A stretch of 20,866 nucleotides of DNA from a virus: positions 1 through 20,866 of the IMG/VR virus record IMGVR_UViG_3300034407_003683; one strand, given 5' to 3'. The translations under genes were made by a program, and so were the position numbers. The notes below the pieces were generated by a model. The model ran no database searches, was not told the DNA's origin, and saw nothing but the letters and a program-made list of their open reading frames with translations. Below, piece by piece: positions 1 to 7,146 of this stretch (its first letter is position 1; every line of letters starts with the position of its first letter).

Positions 1-97
1 GCTGCAACTGCATAGTTGCCGCACCACCTTCAGAGGTCACTGTGATGTTACCAGCGGAGGTCTTGCCGGTGAGGTTATCTACTTTTATCTCACTCAT
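1..97 (-). CDS. 5' part of a small putative virion protein, paralogue of 94..483 (runs off the window edge)
   Basis: Not in the ORF track; translated by hand from ATG at 97: MSEIKVDNLTGKTSAGNITVTSEGGAATMQLQ..., open to base 1. ATGA overlap with the upstream stop. N-terminus resembles MSELRTDTITASNGTSPVTLT of 94..483. Confidence 0.75.
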   Translation of the reverse strand, partial: MSEIKVDNLTGKTSAGNITVTSEGGAATMQLQ

Positions 98-483
98 GCT
101 AAATCCCCCGAAACGCAAGGCATCACAACTGCAATATCTGCTGGTTGTGGACTTGAGCCATACGGACCAGTTTGTATCTGATACTGAGATGTCGTCAGTT
201 GATTCACCGCAGCAGCACCGTATCCCGCAGAACCTGCCACTGTTGCTGAATAAGCACCTCCAGTCGCAACGCTATAATCTGCATTGCTCATGTTTGAAAC
301 AAAGGACAGGTCGTATCGGCCGGTCGTGATATCTGTTAAAGATGTCTGGTTAAATGTTGCTCTAATTGCAACTGTTCCAGTGCCATCGAAGTTTGCCCAC
401 GCCTTCGTTGCACTCTGCTTAGTCAGCGTGACAGGACTTGTGCCATTGCTAGCAGTGATTGTGTCTGTTCTTAGTTCACTCAT
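94..483 (-). CDS. Hypothetical virion/tail-fibre-associated protein (129 aa)
   Basis: Thr/Ser/Ala/Gly-rich, beta-strand-like (KAWANFDGTG...TGRYDLSF...YSV...GDLA). ATGA coupling at both ends. Function inferred from composition and context only. Confidence 0.65.
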   Translation of the reverse strand: MSELRTDTITASNGTSPVTLTKQSATKAWANFDGTGTVAIRATFNQTSLTDITTGRYDLSFVSNMSNADYSVATGGAYSATVAGSAGYGAAAVNQLTTSQYQIQTGPYGSSPQPADIAVVMPCVSGDLA

Positions 484-737
484 GCTATCACCAGATTACC
501 GTTAATTGTTAATACAACTGCACTATCGATTGTAAGTGGACCTGCAGTAAGTGCATTATCTGCAGAATCAATTGTATGAGATACCGAAAGGTTTTGATGA
601 TTTATTCTAAAAACATCTACTTCATATCCAATGGCTGCTGAATCCAATCCTACAGGAACATTATCCAAACTTTCGGATTTAATATCACCAGTAGATGTAA
701 ATGCTTTACTAATTAATCTTGCTTTTGACTCTGCCAT
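480..737 (-). CDS. Small putative virion adaptor protein (85 aa)
   Basis: Starts immediately after the g3 stop. N-terminus SKARLIS...TGDIKS resembles that of 15078..16517. C-terminal AGPLTID..VLTINGNLVI beta segment. Three D-S-A motifs. Confidence 0.65.
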   Translation of the reverse strand: MAESKARLISKAFTSTGDIKSESLDNVPVGLDSAAIGYEVDVFRINHQNLSVSHTIDSADNALTAGPLTIDSAVVLTINGNLVIA

Positions 738-1247
738 TTATACCAACTTAAAGTAATTAAATCTAAATGATGCCGCGAAAGTAATAAAAGTCTGCCCATC
801 AGCAGTAGATTCAAATTGGATATCACCTAATGATGTAGGAATACAATCCAAATATCTTATTTGTTTTGTCTGATTATTATGACTGGAAAGAATTGATAGT
901 GTTATATCTGCATATGTTGGAGTATCCGTATTAGTAGCAATACTACCTCTGGTACTAGTACCCATATTAGTATTTACCAATCTAAGAATCCAGTTATACA
1001 TCTCAGAATAACCTTCTAAATTCTCATCTAAGATAACATTTGTTGAAAGTTCATTAAATGTAAGAGATTCACCAGGCATAGGTAACCCAGCAAGTCTAGG
1101 AATACCTAACTCAACTGGATTTAGAATCATTCCGGGATGTGTAATTGTCTGACAAAAGAATTCTAAATTAGGATAATTACGTCTATCAATTACCAGCTTA
1201 AAACTGGTAGGTTGTAGGTAATTAAAATTTTCTGTTAATTGAGCCAT
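738..1247 (-). CDS. g3: Tail completion / tube terminator protein, T4 gp3-like
   Basis: NYLQPTSFKLVI..YPNLEFFCQ...PG, F.ELS...ILDENLEGY.E.YNW, D.TL.ILSSHNN and F.Y.F C-terminus are typical of gp3. Position after g23 as in marine T4-like phages. Confidence 0.85.
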   Translation of the reverse strand: MAQLTENFNYLQPTSFKLVIDRRNYPNLEFFCQTITHPGMILNPVELGIPRLAGLPMPGESLTFNELSTNVILDENLEGYSEMYNWILRLVNTNMGTSTRGSIATNTDTPTYADITLSILSSHNNQTKQIRYLDCIPTSLGDIQFESTADGQTFITFAASFRFNYFKLV

Positions 1248-1252
1248 GATAC

Positions 1253-1260
1253 TATTTATA
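1253..1260 (-). promoter_or_regulatory. T4-type late promoter TATAAATA upstream of g3
   Basis: Exact T4 gp55-dependent late consensus, between the g23 terminator and the g3 ATG. Confidence 0.85.
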
Positions 1261-1273
1261 CAAATTAGTTGTT

Positions 1274-1300
1274 AAAAAAAGGGCGGCCGAAGCCGCCCTT
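1274..1300 (-). terminator. Rho-independent terminator after g23
   Basis: Minus strand AAGGGCGGC-TTCG-GCCGCCCTT-TTTTT: perfect stem, cUUCGg tetraloop, U tract. Confidence 0.92.
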
Positions 1301-1322
1301 AGTCTTATTTTCCGATTTATCC

Positions 1323-2678
1323 TTATGCTAGGATATTGTCGATTCTGAAAATACGATAGTACTGGTTGGTTTTGTTTGTTGCCAAACCGTCGCGACCAGA
1401 TACATTTGAAGTATCCACGAATGGATTTGAGACCATGCCGTAGCGAGTCTTAAAGCCAATCTTAGGCTGGAATGTATCCTCACCAACTGCACGTACCATT
1501 GTGAGTGGAACGTATGGGCAGTAGAAGAGACCTGCGTCATATGGGTTAGTTCCCTTATAACCTACAGTCACATAGTCTACTGATGCATATGGATCAATGT
1601 ACACACGAGTACGGCCATTCAGTACACCAGCAAAGGTGTTACCTGTATCGTCGACACTCAATGAAGTGTTCATTGCAGGTGAGTAATCAAGCATACCTGA
1701 AGCAGAAAGAACAGAAGCAACATCTGATGAACAGATGATAAAGTTACCTTTACCACGGCGTGTTTCTTTAGCAATAATGTTTGCTTCACGCTCAATCTGT
1801 ACGATCAGGCCTTTGAACTTCTCAACTGACCAACGGCCATCTGCATCTGTTGACAAGTCAAAGATACCATTAATAGCAGTATTAGTAGTAGAAGCACCAG
1901 TTTTTGCTTGTGCATTAACTGTACGGATTACTTCACGGTTAATTTCAGCCATGATTTCTGTTGACAGAATATTAGCAAGTTCTGTTTCAGCATCCAAACC
2001 ATGAATGGCTTTAAGATCCTGAGCAAGTTCCAAGCTGTATTCTGCTTTCAGTGCACGTGACTTAGCAGTTACAGTAGCTTTTTCAATGGTGAAACCCATT
2101 TCTGCAAAGGCAGAAGAAGGACCGGCACCAGTTGAACCCAAACCTTCGGCATCACCCAAGGCCATACCTGAACCAAAATCTGGACCGGTACGATCGTTGT
2201 CAATGCTTGAGTCTGAGTTAGAGTCGGTCAAACCAGAAAGACCTGAGGCATCCTGAGTCTGTGTACCAGTTGAGTCACCAGAGAAACCAGTAATGGCTTC
2301 ATTAAACAGTGCCTCATCACCAGCAGTTGCACCGGCACGAGTTGTCTGATAGTTTGATTTCATTGCGAAGATCAAACCGGTTGGACCTGACATTGGCTGA
2401 ACACCACACATGTCATATGCCATAAGGTTAGGCATTGCACGACGGACGAGAGCAATAAGAACTGGGTTCCAATTTGCTACCTGACCGGTTGCGTTAGTTG
2501 GAGCTGCTTCATTAAGAGCATGGGCTTGACCAGCTTCTTCTCTAAATGCATGCTCTTGGTTTTCGAGAATAGCAGCTGTTACTGCTTTTCTGTGATGATC
2601 GGTGATTTTGCCTGCTGATTCTTCATTCAGAACAGGTGCCCACTTTTCGATCAACTTATCGTAAGATGTTCCCATCAT
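1323..2678 (-). CDS. g23: Major capsid protein, T4 gp23
   Basis: Hallmarks: KWAPVL, LVRRAMPNLMAYD.CGVQPMSGPTGLIFAM, F.EMGFTIEK.TVTAKSRALKAEYSLELAQDLKAIHGLDAETEL, YCPYVPL, FQPKIGFKTRYG. Plausible gp21 cleavage site LNE/A. GGAG RBS at 2688-2691. Confidence 0.98.
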   Translation of the reverse strand: MMGTSYDKLIEKWAPVLNEESAGKITDHHRKAVTAAILENQEHAFREEAGQAHALNEAAPTNATGQVANWNPVLIALVRRAMPNLMAYDMCGVQPMSGPTGLIFAMKSNYQTTRAGATAGDEALFNEAITGFSGDSTGTQTQDASGLSGLTDSNSDSSIDNDRTGPDFGSGMALGDAEGLGSTGAGPSSAFAEMGFTIEKATVTAKSRALKAEYSLELAQDLKAIHGLDAETELANILSTEIMAEINREVIRTVNAQAKTGASTTNTAINGIFDLSTDADGRWSVEKFKGLIVQIEREANIIAKETRRGKGNFIICSSDVASVLSASGMLDYSPAMNTSLSVDDTGNTFAGVLNGRTRVYIDPYASVDYVTVGYKGTNPYDAGLFYCPYVPLTMVRAVGEDTFQPKIGFKTRYGMVSNPFVDTSNVSGRDGLATNKTNQYYRIFRIDNILA

Positions 2679-2695
2679 TGTTTTGGACTCCCAAA

Positions 2696-3748
2696 TTATT
2701 TGTTTGTTTTTTGGATTGCAGAGAGGTATTGAGCCATCATTGGCGAAGCTTCAACGATATCATCACCGTTGTCGTCTTCTACAATATCAGCAGACTCAGA
2801 TACTTTTTTGGTAAAGTATGATTCTTTGACAGTTTGTACTTTAGCAGCAAAACTTTCGGCGTCATCAAAATCAATGTCCTCAACCAAACCTTTAAGCTTC
2901 TCAACTTGTGTTTCAGCAAGGTCAGATGAATGTTCACGGATGATTGCATCGCGCTTCAATACTTCCAACTCTTCCTGCATTGAGATGTTTTTGGCAGTTG
3001 TTTCATTAAGAGCAGTTTCCAACTCTTCAACGTTTTCTGCCAATTCGTCAACTAGGTCAACCTTTGACTCTGGAACCTCAATATAAGACTCAGTAAACAG
3101 ATCTTTCAAGCTGTTCATGAACTTCTCTGCGATTTCAGTTCTAAGGCCAGACTGGACAGCAAGTTTATTTTCTTCCATCCAATTCTCAACTACGTAGTTA
3201 AGATAGCTGTCGACTTTTTCAACGAGTTCTGATTTAGTAGATTCTACTTCCTCAGCCAGTTCCTCATTGTATTTCTCTTCGAGACGGTCAATCTCTTCGG
3301 CAAGCTTAGATTTAATAGCTGCTTCAAAGATAACCTCTGCCTTTACTTTAAACTCTTCAGACAAAGTAGCTTCTTCATTAACCAATGCGTTCAGGTCTTC
3401 TGAAAAATCTGCTTTATAATCAAGGTCTAGTTCGGCAGTTGTTTCGGCAATTGCTTCACCGTCGGCATCTACGAATGACTCTGCTTTATACATAGCCATC
3501 AATGATTCCTTATTCATACCTTGCATTTTACCAACCATGGCTGACAAAAGACCAGCTTTTGTCTTAGGCATTGGATCTTGCTTAGTATTATCGCCTTTTC
3601 GTGCTCCGGCTTTTTTACCTGCATCGCCTGCTTTATCAACAGACGCTATAGATTGTGCCTCGGCATTTTTAGGATCGTGAGCTTCTTCCACGACATCGTT
3701 GTCATCATGGATGTCAATCTCTTGATCAGTGATTTGATCTTCAGTCAT
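2696..3748 (-). CDS. g22: Prohead core scaffold protein, T4 gp22
   Basis: Acidic coiled coil with LSEEFK.KA..IFEAA, VDSYLNYVVENWM.EN..A and M..Y..A C-terminus. Between g21 and g23. Confidence 0.93.
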   Translation of the reverse strand: MTEDQITDQEIDIHDDNDVVEEAHDPKNAEAQSIASVDKAGDAGKKAGARKGDNTKQDPMPKTKAGLLSAMVGKMQGMNKESLMAMYKAESFVDADGEAIAETTAELDLDYKADFSEDLNALVNEEATLSEEFKVKAEVIFEAAIKSKLAEEIDRLEEKYNEELAEEVESTKSELVEKVDSYLNYVVENWMEENKLAVQSGLRTEIAEKFMNSLKDLFTESYIEVPESKVDLVDELAENVEELETALNETTAKNISMQEELEVLKRDAIIREHSSDLAETQVEKLKGLVEDIDFDDAESFAAKVQTVKESYFTKKVSESADIVEDDNGDDIVEASPMMAQYLSAIQKTNK

Positions 3749-3759
3749 AATTGACTCCT

Positions 3760-4416
3760 TTATTTAGATTTGAGCAACGAGAGGAAATTCTTAAACTCAC
3801 GAACTTGTGTCTCATAGAGATCGGCTCGAGGAGCTTTCTTAATTTCAGTCTCAATTTTTTCAATAGCCTGAGCTTCAATGATGCCGTTGTTCCATACCCA
3901 TTCAACACCTTCCATAACTCCATTAACGAATGCGCTAGGAGCAGATGGATCTTGAACAATATCTACTGCATTGAGTAGAAAGTCTGGTTTAACAACCATG
4001 GCGCCACCACGATTTTCAAGGCTTCCCATACCACGAGTTGAGACGCCTAGTTTGACACCACCATCAAGCAAACCTTTTACAATTTGTCCCATAGGAGTTT
4101 CCAAAATAGTCGCCTTGCCCACAACATCATTACCTTCCCAATTAAGGGATTCGATCTTGTGGGAAACTTTATCTAGATTAACAGTCGGTCCTTCAGGGTG
4201 ATTCAATTCACCTACAGCACGTCCCTTTGATACCTGTTCGCCAACATATTTGCCAACGGCAGATTCCATAACGGCTCTTGGATATACCCGACCATTTCTA
4301 TTCTTTTGTTCGGCTGACATGAACACGCCTTCAATAGCGTATTTTTTACCGCCATCTTTAGTTGCTTCAGTAACAACTTCCAATTGATCATCAACGTATT
4401 CGGCAATCAGCTTCAT
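3760..4416 (-). CDS. g21: Prohead protease, T4 gp21
   Basis: IEGVFM.AE.KNRNGRVYP, GELNHP (catalytic His), LGVSTRGMGS (catalytic Ser region), D.V.DPSAP.AFV. Confidence 0.96.
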   Translation of the reverse strand: MKLIAEYVDDQLEVVTEATKDGGKKYAIEGVFMSAEQKNRNGRVYPRAVMESAVGKYVGEQVSKGRAVGELNHPEGPTVNLDKVSHKIESLNWEGNDVVGKATILETPMGQIVKGLLDGGVKLGVSTRGMGSLENRGGAMVVKPDFLLNAVDIVQDPSAPSAFVNGVMEGVEWVWNNGIIEAQAIEKIETEIKKAPRADLYETQVREFKNFLSLLKSK

Positions 4417-4625
4417 TTCTTTAATACCTTTACAAATTCAGTTGCAGCTTTCTCTGCTTCTTTTTGACTGTTATAGGCATCCAACCTATCGCCGTCAACA
4501 TAAGCTACAAACTTACCTAGATCCTTATGGATCATAATTTGAATGCCTTTAATCTTTTTATCAAAGACATGTTTGCCTTTGGGCATTCTACCGGTTAGTT
4601 CGCGTATTTGAGTAAACTGTTTCAT
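4413..4625 (-). CDS. Small basic hypothetical protein (70 aa) at the T4 g68 position
   Basis: ATGA overlap with g21 and its own late promoter. Lys-rich. No recognisable gp68 motif, so positional only. Confidence 0.7.
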   Translation of the reverse strand: MKQFTQIRELTGRMPKGKHVFDKKIKGIQIMIHKDLGKFVAYVDGDRLDAYNSQKEAEKAATEFVKVLKK

Positions 4626-4636
4626 TTTACAACTAT

Positions 4637-4644
4637 TATTTATA
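4637..4644 (-). promoter_or_regulatory. T4-type late promoter TATAAATA for the 70-aa/g21/g22/g23 unit
   Basis: Exact consensus in an AT-rich intergenic gap, 11 nt before the ATG at 4625. Confidence 0.85.
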
Positions 4645-4692
4645 AGAAATTAATTTTTTATTTTAAAAAAAGATTACGTTCTAGTAGCTATC

Positions 4693-5004
4693 TTAGACTT
4701 CGTCTTCTTCCTCATCATCCTCATCTTCCGATTCAGACTCATCCTCTGTTTCAAGGTCAAGCTCGAGTTGGTCATCCTCGTCTTCAATATCCTCATCTTC
4801 GGCTCCATTATAGATTGTGTCGGCCAATCGAACTTGTTCTTGATCTAAAATGTCATTTAACTTTACAGTCATTAAATCATTAAAAACATTATTTGCTTTT
4901 GTATATTCATTATCCATTGCATGTTGAATCATATCTTGGATATGTGGTGGAGGCAAATCGTTATCTACCTCATTATCAATAGTATCTACTTCACTCACTG
5001 TCAT
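4693..5004 (-). CDS. Acidic prohead core protein, gp67-like
   Basis: Directly after the portal gene, with a very acidic C-terminus like T4 gp67. True start may be GTG at 4998, because AAGGAG (5005-5010) abuts the ATG at 5004 but lies 6 nt from the GTG. Confidence 0.72.
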   Translation of the reverse strand: MTVSEVDTIDNEVDNDLPPPHIQDMIQHAMDNEYTKANNVFNDLMTVKLNDILDQEQVRLADTIYNGAEDEDIEDEDDQLELDLETEDESESEDEDDEEEDEV

Positions 5005-6547
5005 CTCCTTGTACAGGTTTTAATTCAAATTTTTGTCCGGCAGGTTGTGCCTGTTGTTCTGGTTCTTCATTAGGTGCTTCGGCTTCTTCACCAGAAATTT
5101 CCTTTTTCATTTTTTCAACATCTTCTTCAGAAAGCATAAGAATATTCTTTTGAATCCATTCTTTTGAAAAATACTCACCAACATAGTTCTGCAACATGTC
5201 AAGAGTTTGGATTCTTTCTCTCATTACCTCTGCATCACGAAGTTCTGTAAAGTGATTATCCTTTACAAAATCTACTGTAATATCATTCTTCCAATCTTCC
5301 CAATCTTCCTCTGTGCAGATACCTTTAAGAATCAATTGTTTCTTAAGAATACCATAGAAGAGATGCGAAAATCTCATACGAAGTCTGTCAATAAACTTTT
5401 GGAACTTTAACTCATCTCTATTTACCTCTGTAGATCTACCTAGGCTAAACTGTGATTCTTGTTCCAATCTATTAATTGGCACATTTAATGATTTATAAAC
5501 TTTCTTTTGGAAGAAAAGAACATCATCAATCTGACCTAGATTCTCACCACCAGGTAGTGTAGAGATCTCTGTTCCTCTACCACCTTCACGGCGAGGTAAC
5601 CAGAAGTCCTCAAGCATAGACATATGCTTACGATCATCTCTAATCTCACCAGTCTTAGCATCATAGACAAGCTTGTTACGATACTTGGCCATAATATCTT
5701 TCATATATTGTTCGGATTTACCTCTAGGTAAGTTACCAACATCGATATAGAAAATACGTCTTTCTGGTGCTCTAGCCAATCTATAAATGACCAGAGAATC
5801 TTCCATCATACGCAACTGATTAATTGGTTTTAGTGCCTTATGTAGATATGAAATAATCTTTCTACGATCTTCTGAAAGCAATCCTGAAGTAACATAACTC
5901 ACAGAATCGGCAGTCATTTTAACACCATTGGTAGAAGAACCTGGTTTCTCTTGAAACACAAAAAACTCTTCAGTCTTTTCAATGATATCAGCACCAGTTG
6001 CTGGATCTTTTTTCTTTTTAATCTTTTTGACCTTGCGCATTTTAGCAGCATCAATAGGTCTAATTTCAACAATGCCTTCTTTAGGATTTGTTTCATTGAT
6101 AACTAGATGATGATACATACGACCATCAATATACCAACGTCTAAAGATATCATGACCCAATTCCTTAAAATTGAGCATACCATAAATTTCGTCAAATTCT
6201 TCTTTAATTACTTTTTTAATTCTATCCGGAGCTTTTACGTCTTCTAGATTAAGATCTAGAGTTTGTTTTAATTCAGAACCGGTAATAGATTCATTTACAA
6301 TATCTTCGATAGCCATATCAACTTCAGGATGCATTGCGTTACCGCGATACTTCATAATAAGTTGATAATTATCTTTCGAATCGTCATCACCAAGATTGAG
6401 ATACTGGCCATAATGTGACCCAGATGCTGTGGCATAACTGCCACCTTCATCGTCTCGTGGCGGAACAATGGAAGGAGCTTTATCTTCTTCCTTTTTCTTG
6501 GCTTTTTTAATTTCAAAACCAAATAGTTTAATGCCGTCTTCTGCCAT
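4991..6547 (-). CDS. g20: Portal protein, T4 gp20
   Basis: LFGFEI, FRRWYIDGR, SYLHKALKP.NQLRMMEDSLVIYRLARAPERRIFYIDVGNLP, MLEDFWLPRREGGRGTEISTLPGG, RDELKF.KFI.RLR. Confidence 0.98.
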   Translation of the reverse strand: MAEDGIKLFGFEIKKAKKKEEDKAPSIVPPRDDEGGSYATASGSHYGQYLNLGDDDSKDNYQLIMKYRGNAMHPEVDMAIEDIVNESITGSELKQTLDLNLEDVKAPDRIKKVIKEEFDEIYGMLNFKELGHDIFRRWYIDGRMYHHLVINETNPKEGIVEIRPIDAAKMRKVKKIKKKKDPATGADIIEKTEEFFVFQEKPGSSTNGVKMTADSVSYVTSGLLSEDRRKIISYLHKALKPINQLRMMEDSLVIYRLARAPERRIFYIDVGNLPRGKSEQYMKDIMAKYRNKLVYDAKTGEIRDDRKHMSMLEDFWLPRREGGRGTEISTLPGGENLGQIDDVLFFQKKVYKSLNVPINRLEQESQFSLGRSTEVNRDELKFQKFIDRLRMRFSHLFYGILKKQLILKGICTEEDWEDWKNDITVDFVKDNHFTELRDAEVMRERIQTLDMLQNYVGEYFSKEWIQKNILMLSEEDVEKMKKEISGEEAEAPNEEPEQQAQPAGQKFELKPVQGDDSE

Positions 6548-6564
6548 TATTAAATTCCTAAGCT

Positions 6565-6594
6565 AGAGAATGGGACCGACCGAAGCCGGTCCCA
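6565..6594 (-). terminator. cUUCGg hairpin between g19 and g20 (probable leaky terminator or mRNA-stabilising stem)
   Basis: Minus strand TGGGACCGGC-TTCG-GTCGGTCCCA (10 bp, one G-U) followed by an imperfect TTCTCT tail. Confidence 0.75.
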
Positions 6595-6604
6595 GTTATT
6601 TATG

Positions 6605-7132
6605 TTAGCTAGTAGTATCAGATTCAAAGTACTGGTATGCCCAGACACAAGTAAATCTTTCAATATTGTCATTATCAGCATATGATAGAGCAACTTCTGA
6701 TAGATCCTGAGGATATGCACCACGGAAGGTGTATGTCTTCAAAACATCTCCATTACGATCAAGCTGATCAACTTTAAGATCTGCTTCATATGCAATTGGT
6801 GTTGTCAGACCAGTATTTGCAGAATGTGCATTAATACCATTCATCCAACGCTCAATAGCATTACGGATATTAAAGTCAGTATCATTGATGATAGTTGTGT
6901 TCCATTCAGCGAATGTTCTATCACCAGCCATTTTTAGAATTCTTCCTCTAAAATAGACCGGAATAATACCAAATGTTGACCCTGGCAATGATGCAGCTTC
7001 TACCAAGAATGATGTCAATTCTGCATCACCATTTGCGAAACCAGGATAGTTAATAGTTACCTTAAAGAGGTTAGGACGAGCCCCACCGCCTCTTAGCTTT
7101 GACTTAAAGTCATCTACGCCGAGTACAGCCAT
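6605..7132 (-). CDS. g19: Tail tube protein, T4 gp19
   Basis: GGARPNLF.V, AASLPGS, FRGR.LKMAGDRTF.EW..TIIND.DF.IR.A.ERW, QLDRNG, GAYP, IE.F. GGAGG RBS. Confidence 0.96.
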   Translation of the reverse strand: MAVLGVDDFKSKLRGGGARPNLFKVTINYPGFANGDAELTSFLVEAASLPGSTFGIIPVYFRGRILKMAGDRTFAEWNTTIINDTDFNIRNAIERWMNGINAHSANTGLTTPIAYEADLKVDQLDRNGDVLKTYTFRGAYPQDLSEVALSYADNDNIERFTCVWAYQYFESDTTS

Positions 7133-7146
7133 TTTATGTTACCTCC

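Noticed and set aside
738-1322. Absence of g24, hoc and soc after g23
   Set aside because: g23 followed by g3 is a usual arrangement in marine T4-like phages, and the genes could lie outside the window.
4693-4800. Low-complexity tcttc/tcatc run as a DNA repeat element
   Set aside because: Explained by the Asp/Glu-rich tail of the gp67-like protein.
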